The notes: generated by a model not told the origin, from the sequence alone. 64,000 bases of DNA from an uncultured Gemmatimonadales bacterium (GCA_963792265.1 CAWBVP010000018.1:16841-80840), one strand, 5' to 3'; numbered from the stretch's first letter, positions 20,134 through 30,792 are shown. A program made the numbers and translations.

Positions 20134-20554
20134 AGGTCAAGGCAAATGGTCCCATCGACTTGACGTCGATCCGGGTCTTGCCTCGCGCGATGGCGTAGTG
20201 ATGCTGTTGGGCCGGCACCGTGGCGCTGGCTCCCACCTTCATGGCCTGGGTCTGCTTCAGGTCGACCTTGTCACCCATGCCCACCAACAGAGTGCCTCGT
20301 TTCACCGTCACCGTCTCATCGGTGGGATGGAAGTGAGGCGGAACCCGATAGCCGTTGGGAAAGGAAAGCTGGACCTCGAACGGCTGGGCCTGGCTCGGAT
20401 CGCCGCTGACTACCGCCATCTTGGCGCCTTTAGGGAACACGGCCGGGGCCGGAGCCCACTTCAAGGCTGGTGCTTTGGCGGTCGCAGTGGTCTGGGCCAT
20501 GAGGGCCGGGGCTGCGAACACCAAAAGGCATGACGCGAGATGCAAGGACCGCAT
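20090..20554 (-). CDS. secreted cupin-domain protein
   Basis: Signal peptide MRSLHLASCLLVFAAPALMAQ. GYRVPPHFHPTDETVTVKRGTLLVGMGD is a cupin motif. Confidence 0.7.
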   Translation of the reverse strand: MRSLHLASCLLVFAAPALMAQTTATAKAPALKWAPAPAVFPKGAKMAVVSGDPSQAQPFEVQLSFPNGYRVPPHFHPTDETVTVKRGTLLVGMGDKVDLKQTQAMKVGASATVPAQQHHYAIARGKTRIDVKSMGPFALTYVNPADDPQHGHTP

Positions 20555-20620
20555 AGCTACTCCGGTAAAAGGGACTTTAAAATAGCTCGGTTGAGATGGA
20601 AACCTGAAAGGAAGCAAATC

Positions 20621-20809
20621 TTCACCACAAGGCAAGAGACACAGAGGGATCATCTAGCCATACGGCTCACGACATCGCGATCTCCGGCATCGCAACAACT
20701 TTGTGCGGGGTAAAAACTAACAACAAATAATTCTGGTTGATGATGGTCGGCTCCCGCGATGTCGTGAGCTCGTTCGGATGAGGAGCCCTCTGTGTCCTCT
20801 GTGGTGGAA
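20621..20809. mobile_element. MITE-like nested inverted-repeat element (copy 1), no coding capacity
   Basis: Outer arms are TTCACCACAAGGCAAGAGACACAGAGGGATCATC and GATGAGGAGCCCTCTGTGTCCTCTGTGGTGGAA. Inner arms are GCTCACGACATCGCG (20665-20679) and CGCGATGTCGTGAGC (20755-20769). The centre is AT-rich. Confidence 0.6.
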
Positions 20810-20813
20810 ATTC

Positions 20814-21556
20814 TTATGAGATTATCTGCGTTAACCACCCCGCAAACGCCAGCCACGCCGGCGTCCCCGAGATCATCAGCCGCAGCGGCTGCGACACCAC
20901 AAGCGCCAGGCCGCCCCAGAGCGTGGCGGGATGAACCTTTCTGAGAGTGAGCAGGTCGTATCCCACCATCACCACAATGAAGAGGTCGGACAAGCCGAAG
21001 AAGTGGGTGGGCCACCCAGATGAAATCGGGCGATCGGGGCGGCCAACAGCCCGATGGTGCCGAGGAGCATCAGCCGCTTGTGGGTCTCGAGCCGGCGGCG
21101 GAAGTAGAGCGCGCTGCCCACCAGACCGGCGAACATAGCCATGTCGAACAGCGGTATGGCGAGGAAGGAAAGGCCCGATACGCCGGGAATCGGCGCTGAG
21201 CCGCCCTTGACCCGGAGGATGGCGGTCAGCGACCCCATGACGAACACGAGCAGGGCGAGCACCGCTCCGGCCACGCCCATGCGGCGGTGGATGTACGTCC
21301 GGCCGGTGGCGACCAGGCTGGTCTGCGCCACCAGGAAGAGCACCCAGGTGGTGAACACCACGCCGTGGATATGGAGCAGCGTGCTCAGCTCCGGCGTGCC
21401 GTAGTAGGCCTTGAGGAAATAGGTCCGGGAGAATCCGGCGAACACGGTCAGCGCGATGGCGATCGCCATGCCCACATAAAAGCGGCGCGCTCGCCGGGCG
21501 GCGACGACCCGGGGTGGCACCCTCAGGCCTGCATCCAGGGCGGATTCATTTCTCAT
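20814..21556 (-). pseudogene. polytopic membrane protein, frameshift near 21005
   Basis: 195-aa ORF with multiple TM segments. It continues as WPTHFFGLSDLFIVVMVGYDLLTLRKVHPATLWGGLALVVSQPLRLMISGTPAWLAFAGWLTQIIS in another frame. Confidence 0.55.
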
Positions 21557-21584
21557 CCGGGCTCTCCTCCAGCGGAAACAAAGT

Positions 21585-21975
21585 TTAGGGCACGGTTACG
21601 TCCACGAGAACGCTGTCGTGTTTCAGGTTGCCGCCGAAGTCCTCCCGAAAGCGGACTGTCGCGCCTTCTACGGTCACCGTGGGATTGCTGGGTGGACCTA
21701 TGTCGGGCACTTGGACCCGGATGCAGGCTGTAAACGGACCCGACCCACTGCGGATGCTGCCCCGGTAACGGCCATCGCTCCCCGTGCCCAGCACATCGGG
21801 GCCAGACACCGCGCCGCCGGTACAGCGTGTTCTGAAACGCCTGCACGGTCACCGACGTGCTCGCCACTGGCACTCCTGCTTTTGTGACCGTGCCGTATAC
21901 GATTGCAGAGGTCGAACAGACATCGCAGACCTCGCCGCAACCCGAGAGCAGGAGGCTGAGTAGACCCGCGATCAA
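21585..21975 (-). pseudogene. small lipoprotein (carboxypeptidase-regulatory-like fold?), frameshift near 21810
   Basis: LLSLLLSGCGE lipobox. The second half, GTGSDGRYRGSIRSG...TVTVEGATVRF, is in another frame. An ATG at 21999 in a third frame overlaps the dcp stop. Confidence 0.4.
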
Positions 21976-21989
21976 AGGTCGGCCCGTCC

Positions 21990-24158
21990 CTATTTCTCAT
22001 CCGGCGTCTCCACCAGTCCACGTTGCTCCAGTAACGGCTCGATCTTCGGGTCCCGGCCGCGGAAGGCCCGGAACAGGGTCCCCACATCCTCCGTGCTGCC
22101 GCGCGACAGGATCATGTCCCGGTAGCGCTGCCCATTCGCCCGGGTCATGCCCCCATTCTCCTGGAACCAGGCGTAGGCGTCGTCGTCCAGCAGCTCGCTC
22201 CAGAGATAGGCATAGTAAGAGGCGGAATAGCCACCTCCCCAGATGTGCGCGAAATACGGCGTGCGATACCGGGGCGGGACCTCCGGCACATTCACCTGGA
22301 AGCGGGTCAGCGCCTGCTGCTCGAACTGCTCCACGTCCGGCTCCGCTGCGTTCGGCGGCAGCTGATGCCAGGCCAGATCCAGCAGCGCGGCCGCCAGATA
22401 CTCGGTGGTGGCAAAGCCCTGGTTGAAGGTGCGGGCCTTCTTGATCCGGTCCACCAGATCCTGGGGCATGGCCGCCCCGGTCTGATAGTGCTTGGCGTAG
22501 TTGGCGAATACCGCCGAGTCGAGGGCCCAGTGCTCGTTGAACTGGGAGGGGAACTCCACGAAGTCGCGGGGCACGTTCAGCAGCGTGGGATACTGCACGT
22601 GGGCGAACATGCCGTGCAGCGCGTGGCCGAACTCGTGGAACATGGTGGTGACGTCGTCGAAGGTCAGCAGCGCGGGCATCCCCGGCGCCGGCTTGGTGAA
22701 GTTGCAGACGTTGTAGACCACCGGCTTGGTGCCCATCAGTCCCGATGGATCCACGAAACTGTCCATCCAGGCGCCGCCGCCCTTGTTGTCCCGCTTGAAA
22801 TAGTCGGTGTAGAACAGGGCCATCGACTTGCCGTCCGCGTCGAACACCTCGTAGACCCGGACGTCGGGGTGATATACCGGAAGGTCCTTCCGCTCCTTGA
22901 AGCTCAGGCCATAGAGCCGGTTGGCGGCGAAGAACACGCCGTCCTGCAGCACCCGATCGAGCAGGAAGTAGGGCTTGATCTTCGCTTCATCCAGGTTGTA
23001 CTCGGCCTGGCGCACCCGCTCGGCGTAGTACTGCCAGTCCCACGGAGCCAGCTTGAAGTTGCCGTTCTCCTGGTCGATGATGGCCTGCATCTTCTCGGCT
23101 TCGGCCCGGGCCTTCCTCGTGGCCGGAGGTACCAGCTGACCCAGCAGGCCGATCGCGGCCTCGGGCGTCTTGGCCATTTGATTGTCGAGCGCAAAGGCCG
23201 CGTAATCGGGAAAGCCGAGCAGGGCCGCTTTCTGGGCCCGGAGCACGGCGAGGCGGCGGATGACGGCTCGGGTGTCGTTGCTGTCGCCCCGGTCGGCCCG
23301 GCGGGTGGAGGCCTCGAAGAGCCGCTGGCGCACCGCCCGATTGGCGAGCGAGGCCTGGAGCGGGTGCTGGGTGGTGTTCTGCAGCACGATCACGTACTTG
23401 CCCTTCAGGCCTCGCTCCTTGGCTGCCTGGGCGGCCGCTGCGAGGTCGTCCTTGCTCAGTCCCTTGAGCTGGGCGGGGTCGTCGATGACGAGGGCGCCGG
23501 CCTTGGTGGCGGCCAGCAGCTTGTTCTGAAACTCGGTGGAGAGCTTGGCCTCTTCCTGGTTGAGCGCGCTGAGCCTGGTCTTGTCCGCCGGGGAAAGCTT
23601 GGCGCCGGCCCGGATGAAGTCCCGGTGGTAGCGCTCCAGCAGGGTCATCTGCTCCGGGGTCAGATTCAGCGTGGCGCGCCGGTCGTAGACCCTCTCCACC
23701 CGCTGGAACAGCCCCGGGTTCAGGTAAATAGCGTCGGTGTGGGCGGCGAGCTTGGGCGCCTCCGCCGTCTGAATTTCCTGTAGCGTATCGTTGGTGTTGG
23801 CATTCACCACCCCGCCGAAGACTTTGAGCGACCGGGTGAGCAGAACGCCGGTGCGCTCCAGAGCCACGATGGTGTTCTCGAAGGTCGGCTCCGCCGTCTG
23901 CCGGGCGATGCTATCCACCTCTCGCAGCTGGCGCCGCATCCCCTCCTCGATCGCGGACTGGTAATCCCGGTTCCGGATCCGGTTGAACTGCGGTGCCTCG
24001 TACTGCAGGGGACTCGGCTGGGCAAAGGGGTTTGCCGGGGTGAATGCCACCTCGAGCGGGGCCGCCCCGGAGGGCGCTGAGGAAGGAGTGTGGGCACAGC
24101 CCAGGGCCAGCAGGCCGAGGGCCCAGCTAAACGAGCGGGATCGCATCAGTTGATCCAT
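21990..24158 (-). CDS. dcp: peptidyl-dipeptidase Dcp (M3 family zinc metallopeptidase)
   Basis: TMFHEFGHALHGMF is the HExxH zinc site, and M3 similarity runs the full length. The signal-like N-terminus is MDQLMRSRSFSWALGLLALGC. Confidence 0.9.
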   Translation of the reverse strand: MDQLMRSRSFSWALGLLALGCAHTPSSAPSGAAPLEVAFTPANPFAQPSPLQYEAPQFNRIRNRDYQSAIEEGMRRQLREVDSIARQTAEPTFENTIVALERTGVLLTRSLKVFGGVVNANTNDTLQEIQTAEAPKLAAHTDAIYLNPGLFQRVERVYDRRATLNLTPEQMTLLERYHRDFIRAGAKLSPADKTRLSALNQEEAKLSTEFQNKLLAATKAGALVIDDPAQLKGLSKDDLAAAAQAAKERGLKGKYVIVLQNTTQHPLQASLANRAVRQRLFEASTRRADRGDSNDTRAVIRRLAVLRAQKAALLGFPDYAAFALDNQMAKTPEAAIGLLGQLVPPATRKARAEAEKMQAIIDQENGNFKLAPWDWQYYAERVRQAEYNLDEAKIKPYFLLDRVLQDGVFFAANRLYGLSFKERKDLPVYHPDVRVYEVFDADGKSMALFYTDYFKRDNKGGGAWMDSFVDPSGLMGTKPVVYNVCNFTKPAPGMPALLTFDDVTTMFHEFGHALHGMFAHVQYPTLLNVPRDFVEFPSQFNEHWALDSAVFANYAKHYQTGAAMPQDLVDRIKKARTFNQGFATTEYLAAALLDLAWHQLPPNAAEPDVEQFEQQALTRFQVNVPEVPPRYRTPYFAHIWGGGYSASYYAYLWSELLDDDAYAWFQENGGMTRANGQRYRDMILSRGSTEDVGTLFRAFRGRDPKIEPLLEQRGLVETPDEK

Positions 24159-24240
24159 GGTGGTGAGGTCTGTGGGATCGAGGTAAGGGCCTCCCAGGTA
24201 ATACACCCGGACCGCGGACTCGACAAGATTGCGGGCCGGC

Positions 24241-25342
24241 CTACTTCCTAGCCACCACGGCAAAGCGCTCGTTGATCAGCTCCTCCAGAGCGGCGATCAC
24301 CTGGTCCACCGGAATCGCCGAAATTCCTCCCGGGTGGGCCACAGCGCGGTGGGGGGTGTTGTAGGGGAGCCAGGGAGCGATCGTGGGATCGGAGTGATAG
24401 AGGGCCACGGTGGGGATCTTCCAGGCGGCGGCGAGGTGGACCACCGCGGTATCCGGGGTCAGCAGCAGGTCGAATTCATGTACGATCGCGGCGAACTCCT
24501 TCAACGACGAGGTCGGCGGCACGGCCTGGGCCTCGGTGGCAAAAGCCACCTGGCGCACCTCGGTCGCGTCCCCGGGAGCGCCGCAGATGCTGATGGCGAA
24601 GCGGGGATCGTTGCGCATCAGGTGCCGCACCACCGCGATGTAATTGGCTGAGCCCCATTGCTTCCCGGCTTCACGGCCGGAGAGGTTGATCCCCAGGCGG
24701 AGCGGACGCCAGGTGGGGCCGAGGGTACGCTGAGCCGCCTCGATGTCGCCGGGGCTGAGGGGGTAGGCCAGGTCCAAGGATTGGGAAGCCGGGTCGATGC
24801 CAAACGGAAGCAGCAGCTGCGCCAGGCGTTCCACCACATGCACTCGGCTGCGGTCCAGCAGCGGCGCCGCGTGGGTATACCCGCCGGCTTCCGCATGGAG
24901 CAGACCCACCGCCGCCGGCGCCCCGCACCAGCGGATCACCAGCTGCGCCGTGGCGGAGGGGTTGTCCACCAGATCCACTACCACGTCGTAGCGGCCTCGG
25001 CGGAGCTGGCGCAGCAGCCCGAGCGCGGATCGCACCGTTTTGTCGTAGCGACCAGACCTGGTCCACGAACGGCATCACTGCGTCACGGACGGCGAGATTG
25101 GCCCGGCTTACCAGCAGATCGATCTGACCCTGGGGATAGCGGGCGCGGAGGGCGCGGAGCACCGGCACGCTCACCAGGACGTCGCCGATCCGTTCCATCC
25201 GGATCAGCAGAATCCGGGGTGCCGCCGGGAGCTGGAGCAGGTCCCGGGGCTCGGACGCCAGCTGGCCCGTAAAAGGCCGCCGCCCGGCGCGAAGCAGCGC
25301 CCGGCGCCAGCGGAGCTCCAGCGTCTTCAGGGCAGTTGGCAT
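24241..25342 (-). pseudogene. glycosyltransferase family 9 (heptosyltransferase-like), frameshift near 25045
   Basis: RILLIRMERIGDVLVSVPVLRALRARYP ... RYDVVVDLVDNP ... LLLTPDTAVVHLAAAWKIPTVALY. Confidence 0.8.
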
Positions 25343-25443
25343 CGCGGGTGAATCTAGTGCTACAGTCGGCGCAGTTTGAATCACCAGGGTCAGGCTAGGC
25401 GCTGGTGGTAGGAGCGAATGACTGGGGAGTTTTGTGGCAGCTC

Positions 25444-25470
25444 TTCCCGTCCTTCCCGTCCTTCCCGTCT
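25444..25470. repeat. 9-bp tandem repeat TTCCCGTCC x3
   Basis: Read directly. It lies between the amine oxidase stop (25480) and the GT9 start (25342). Confidence 0.9.
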
Positions 25471-25479
25471 TTACTTCTC

Positions 25480-27067
25480 CTAGCGTTTCACCTTGAGGTC
25501 TGCCAGCACATCCGCCGCGGCCCGCTGGCCGGTCTCCACGGCGCCGTTGAGATAGCCCTGCGAGTCGATCGACGTGTGCTCGCCGCAGAAGTGGCAGTTG
25601 TTGGAGCGTCTGGTATTCGAGCCGGCAAAGCGGGTGTACTGGCCCACTCGCCAATAGGAGTAGGCGCCCCGGCTTCCAGACGTTGCTCGGCCAGTAATCC
25701 ATCGTTGCCTTGCCATTCCAACGCTTGCCCAGACCCGGAAGCACCGGCTCGATCTGGGCTAGGAATCGTCCAGCGGCCTGTTCGGCGGTCAGGCCGATTC
25801 TGGCTCCGGGTGGTGTCGCCGCCGGTGTAGTTCACCAGCAGTGCCGGAGGCGCCACCCTGGGCTCGCGCTACCTCCCAGGTGTCCTGATAGCCGGTATCG
25901 GCGTAGCTGTCGCCGTTGTTGCCGAGGGTGCGCCAGTGCCGATTGGTGAACTGGGAGATGCAGCTTGGCGTTGGCGCCGATCGGCATCTCCTTGATCGCA
26001 AACGTTTTCGGTTCCACGAATCCGGCCTTGCTGTAGTCCACCTCGCGGAGCTTGGAGAAGGGCAGGGCGAGCACCACCTGATCGGCGGTGACGCTGCGGC
26101 GGGTGCGGCCGCCGCCGAACGTCAGGGTGTAGCGGCCGTCGGAGAGGCGGGCGATCGACGACAGCGCGGCATCGGTCTCGATCTGTCCGTCCAGGGCCGC
26201 GGCCAGCCGGCTCACGATCTGATCGTTGCCCCCTCGCACATGATACTTCTCGTTGGACGGGCCGAAGATCCGGAACTGCCCGGGGCCGGAGTAACCCAGC
26301 AGGTATATAAGATTGAGCACGCTCTGGTCGTTGACTTCGGCCCCATACTCGATGTTGTAGGCGACGTCCAGCAATTGCCCCAGGGGCGAGGCGTGACCGC
26401 CGGGCACCCGGCTCTCGATCCATTGCAGGATGGACATGTGGTCGAGGGCGAATCCGGCCGAGGTATAGCTGTCGAACGTGGTGGGGTAGCTCGCGGCCGA
26501 CAGGTCTCGGTGCAGCGCCTGCCAGACCTGCTTCACCGCGTCGGTCGTCTCCGCGAAGGTCTGCCGCCGGCCGCCGAAGTAGTAAAACGGCTCGGTGCCG
26601 TTCTGCTCGGCCGACAACAGGTTGTCGAGGGAGAGGCCCAATTCCTGGGCCAGCTGGCGAATCTCGGTGTGAGCCTGGTCGATCAGCTCGCCCCCGTGCT
26701 CGGCCACCTGGGCGTCGTTGAAGGCGCCGCGGATCGACCAGCAGCGTCCGCCGAGGCGGGTGTTGCCCTCGTAGACCGTGGCGATCACGCCGGCCTGGCG
26801 GAGCCGGTAGGCGCAGGTCAGTCCGCCCAGCCCGGCGCCCACGATCGCGACGCGGGGCGCGGTGACCACCCCGAGCTTCCGCACCATATCCGGCAGGCCG
26901 GTGAGGGTGACGCCGGCAATGGCGCTCGCGCCGAGAAAGTCGCGCCGGCTGATCCGGTCCCGGGCCTGCTGCTCGAGGATCGCGTCCACCGGCTTGCCGG
27001 TGGTCACCGATTCTCCGGCGACGCGGAAGGCGTGGATCAACTGCTCGAACAGCGGGGTGTGCGCCAT
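25480..27067 (-). pseudogene. Tat-signal flavin-containing amine oxidase, at least 4 frame changes in the last approx 550 nt
   Basis: SRRDFLGASAIAG Tat motif. VAIVGAGLGGLTCAYRL...VYEGNTRLGGRC dinucleotide fold. The C-terminal pieces QFTNRHWRTLGNNGDSYADTGYQDTWEV, LVNYTGGDTT and RGAYSYWRVGQYTRFAG...CHFCGEHTS...GYLNGAVETGQRAA are scattered over the frames. Confidence 0.8.
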
Positions 27068-27244
27068 ATAAGAGCTCCGGGGATTCGGCGATGGTGCGGC
27101 GATGATATCGGTGGTCTGCTATCCTAGCCTGGGGAGACGACGTGGGCTAGAGCGTTGCAGCCGCCTCTGGCAGAGACTCTTGAAAGCGCTATACTCAGGT
27201 CGATCTCCCTGCCACCCTCAGCGCACTGTTCATCGAGAGGCTCC

Positions 27245-27608
27245 ATGCGCTCGTCTTCGCCCACTGTGTTTGGAGCCTTCGCCGCGTTGTCGCTCTCGGT
27301 TCTGGGCTGCTCGGCCGATCGGGTGGCGCAACCGTCGACGGAGCGGGTCACGTCGGGCGAATGGATCCTCACGTTATTCGACCGGGTCACCCTGGCGGCG
27401 GGCGAGCAGGCGCGCTTAAGAGCCGCAGTGGTCGAGGTCCGGAGCGCTCAGCTCGGCGGGACTCGCCTTCGTCATGCGGAATCCCGCGGTGGCCATCCTG
27501 GCGGCCACGAATGGACGGGTGCAGCTGCAGGGGTTAGCCGCCGGGCGGACCTGGGTGGTGGTGCAGAGCGCCGCGGCGGCGGATTCGGTGGAGGTCGTGG
27601 TCCAATAG
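27245..27608 (+). pseudogene. small lipoprotein with Ig-like (Big_2-like) domain, frameshift near 27460
   Basis: FAALSLSVLGCS lipobox. The tail AFVMRNPAVAILAATNGRVQLQGLAAGRTWVVVQSAAAADSVEVVVQ is in another frame. Confidence 0.45.
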
Positions 27609-27624
27609 GCTTTTATCTTCCCGC

Positions 27625-28392
27625 ATGTGTCTCGTCCTGCTCGCGCTCGATTCCCATCCCGACTATTCGCTGATCCTCGCCGCCAACCGGGACGAGTTCT
27701 ACGACCGGCCCACCGCAACCGCCGAGTTCTGGGCCGACGCGCCGACGGTCCTGGCGGGACGCGACCTCAAGGCCGGTGGTACCTGGCTCGGCATCGACGG
27801 GCACGGCCGGTTCGCCGCAGTCACCAACTATCGCCAGGGTGAGCGGGAGACTCCCGCGCCCCGCTCGCGGGGACTGTTAGTCAGCGATTTCCTGACCCGA
27901 GACGTGGGCGCGCTGGAGCACGTCGAGCGGGTGCGAGCGGAGGCCGATCTCTATAATGGCTTCAACCTGATCGCCGGCGACCCCTGGGGGGTCTTCTACT
28001 TCTCCAACCGGCAACGCCGGATTCGCCATCTGAAACCCGGCGTCTACGGCCTCAGCAATCACCTGCTGGACACACCCTGGCCCAAGGTGGCCGCGTCGAA
28101 GAATGCCTTGGGCAAGCTGCTCGGCAGTGGCGCGGCCGACCTCAGCGCCGAGCTGTTCGCGCTGCTGTCCGATCGCAATCGGGCTGCCGACGCGCTGCTG
28201 CCTTCGACTGGCGTGAGACCCGAATGGGAGTCGCTCCTGTCGTCCGCCTTCATCGCTTCGGATGACTACGGCACCCGCTCGTCCACCGTCATGCTGATCG
28301 GTCGGGACGGCAACATGGAGTTCGTGGAGCGGAGCTTCGGTCCCGGTGGTGTTCCTGGCGGGGAGATTCGGTTCGAGTTCCAGACCGGATAG
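27625..28392 (+). CDS. NRDE family protein (DUF833 / TANGO2-like)
   Basis: MCLVLLAL...LILAANRDEFYDRPT...GGTWLG...AVTNYR. Confidence 0.85.
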   Translation: MCLVLLALDSHPDYSLILAANRDEFYDRPTATAEFWADAPTVLAGRDLKAGGTWLGIDGHGRFAAVTNYRQGERETPAPRSRGLLVSDFLTRDVGALEHVERVRAEADLYNGFNLIAGDPWGVFYFSNRQRRIRHLKPGVYGLSNHLLDTPWPKVAASKNALGKLLGSGAADLSAELFALLSDRNRAADALLPSTGVRPEWESLLSSAFIASDDYGTRSSTVMLIGRDGNMEFVERSFGPGGVPGGEIRFEFQTG

Positions 28393-28410
28393 GAGGTTAA
28401 GGAGTCCTGA

Positions 28411-30064
28411 TCAACTGCGGAGAAACTTCCTAGCTGTGGTAAGCTCCGGCCGCTCGCCGTCACTCTTGCTCATGCGCGCCAGGAACTCCCGGTAGGCGGC
28501 CTTCGCCGCTGTTCGGTTTCCGGCCAGCTCGGCCGCCCGGGCCGCGCCGAACAGGCTCCGCGCCCGTCCCGGCTCGCGTGCGAGCGTCACCTGATAAGCC
28601 CGCCTCGCTTCGACGTACCGTCCCGCTTCCAGCAGCATGTCGCCCTCCAGCTCCCGCGCCGGCAACAGCTCGGCCGGCGTCACCGGATGCTTGTCGGTGA
28701 CCTCCTCGGTGTCCGCCGCGGCCTTGGCCAGCGCCAGCCCGCCGGCGGTGTCGCCCTCGGCAAACATCACCCAGGCTCGAGCGGCGTCCCGCTTGATCCC
28801 CGCCACCCGCGACCAGTAGGGCTCCTTCTTCTCCGCCATCTGCGCCGCGATCGAGTCCAGCGCCGCCACCTCGGCCCGAGCCGCCGCCGGGTCTCCGCTC
28901 CGGGCCGCCCCGATGGCGCGGGTGAAGCGACTCAGCATGACCGGAGTCCCCACGCCCTGCATCGGCGCCACCGGAAACTTCGCCGCCGCCGCCCAGTCGC
29001 CGGTCTCCAGCGGGATCCTCGCCGCCATCGCGGTCCGGTTGTAATCGCCCACCAGGCTCTTGCCCGCCGGAACGTCCAGGCTCTGCGCTGTCGCGACCGT
29101 CGCCCGGGCGGCGGAGTCCTGGCCCCGCTGGAGATAGGCGTAGACCGCATAGTCGAGGGCGTGAAGCACCTCGCCCGGGGGAGGGATCCCCTGGCTTTTG
29201 GCGTTCGCCACGCCCGCCCGATACGCCACCAGGTTCGACGCGATGGCCTCGTCCCAGTAGCCCAGCCGGACGAAGATGTGCGACGGCATGTGCTGCGCGT
29301 GCGGCGCCGCCGGGGCGATCCGGGCGTAGCGCCGCGCGGCGCTCAGGCCCAGGTGCGCCAGCTGCGGCGAGTCGGTGGAGTGGATGATGTAGTGGGCCAG
29401 ACCGGGATGCTGGGGATAGCGCGCGAAGAGCGGATTGAGGATGGCGGCCGCCCGCTTCTGCTGGGCGAAGGTGGTGTCGGTCTTGGGCGCCGTGGCGTCG
29501 AGCGCCAGGGCGTAGAAGGTGGCGACCTCGGTGTCCTTGGGATAATCCCGGTACACCCGGGCCATGGTGTCGGCGTAGGCCTGGAGCCGGACGGCGTTGG
29601 GTGTCGCATCGGGATCGCGATAGAGCGCGGCCACCGCCGCGATGAATCCCCGCTCCCGCGGAGTCTTCGCCGACAGCGAGGACGCCCGGGCCGCCGCCTC
29701 GGCGCCTCGGCTAAGCGCAGCTCCGGTGGGGCCGCCGGCGAAGGGATTGCCCCAGGCGTTCAGCGCCAGGCCCCAGTGCGCCATGGCACAGGTGGAGTCG
29801 GCCTCCAGCACCCGGTTGAAAGCGGCGTCGCCCTCCTCCCACCAGAACGAGTGCAGCACCGCCATGGCCCGCTCGAACCGGCGCCCGGCCTCCGGCGCTG
29901 CAGGAGACCGGAAAGGTGACCTGGCCCAGCTTGCCGAGCTGGTGAGCCTGGGCCGCGTGATCGTCGTGCTCGTGAACCTGAGCCTGGACGGGGGAAGCCA
30001 GAACCAGCACGGTTCCAACCACAACCAGAGCCAAACCCCTCGATCTCACGGCCGACCTCCGCAT
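28411..30064 (-). pseudogene. secreted TPR-like repeat protein, frameshift near 29905
   Basis: 537-aa helical-repeat ORF. The signal peptide MRRSAVRSRGLALVVVGTVLVLASPVQA (ATG 30064) is in another frame. Confidence 0.6.
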
Positions 30065-30172
30065 GCGGGACCACGGCGAAAATAGGGCGCGACAGGGACA
30101 ACCTGCACGCCGGCAACGACATCCACCAGTCCGCCAGTGAACGCCATCACTTTGCAGAGAGAGCAGAACTTT

Positions 30173-30781
30173 GCCAGGGACACGCAGATCGTCGCCAGGG
30201 ACACGCAGATCGTTGCCAGGGTCGCGCAGATCGGCGACAGGAACAGACGGATCCTCGCCCGAAACTGCCAGATCCTCGCCAGGCTCAGCCACCGACCTGC
30301 CACGCTCAGCGTGATCGGCGCCAGACTCAGCGTGATCGGCGTCAGACTCAGCGTGATCGGCGCCAGAGTCAGCGTGATTGCCGCCAGACTCAGCGTGATC
30401 CCCGCCAGGGTCAGCGCAGATCCCGCCAGGACTCAGCGCTGATCCCCGCCCAGGGACAGCGCAGATCCGCCGACAGCGAATTGCCAGAGTCCGCGTGATC
30501 GGCGACCGATTGCCAGACTCAGCGTGATCGGCGCCAGACTCAGCGTGATCGCCGCCAGACTCAGCGTGATCCCCGCCAGGGTCACGCAGATCTCGTCGAG
30601 CGCCGCAGACACGCCAGACCAGCATGAACTGCGCCAGACTCAGCGTGATCCCGCCAGACAGCTGATCGGCGCCAGACAGGTGATCGCCGCCAGAGCTCGC
30701 CGTGATCGGCGCCAGGGACAGCGTGATCGCCGCCAGGACAGCAGCGTGATCGCCGCCAGGACTCAGCCACGGATGCCCGGG
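30173..30781. repeat. degenerate 21-bp tandem array (consensus GCCAGACTCAGCGTGATCGGC), about 27 units
   Basis: Parsed by hand. Units 1-12 (30173-30424) are exactly 21 bp. Later units are 18-32 bp. By my count 23 of 27 units contain GATC. Confidence 0.95.
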
Positions 30782-30792
30782 AGTAAAGCGCT

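Noticed and set aside
22245-23783. Long antisense ORFs opposite well-supported genes. These include 1070..2215 (-), 15536..16486 (+), 16107..17471 (-), 22245..23783 (+), 28687..29919 (+), 34848..36392 (-), 47449..48657 (+) and 58031..59911 (+).
   Set aside because: These are typical shadow ORFs of GC-rich DNA. Their composition is Arg/Gly/Pro/Ala-rich and low-complexity. They have no family resemblance, and each is fully nested in a gene with clear homology on the other strand or in another frame.
30173-30781. Possible CRISPR array, because of regularly spaced repeats.
   Set aside because: The units abut each other with no unique spacers, the period is 21 bp, and there are no cas genes in the window. 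It is a tandem minisatellite.
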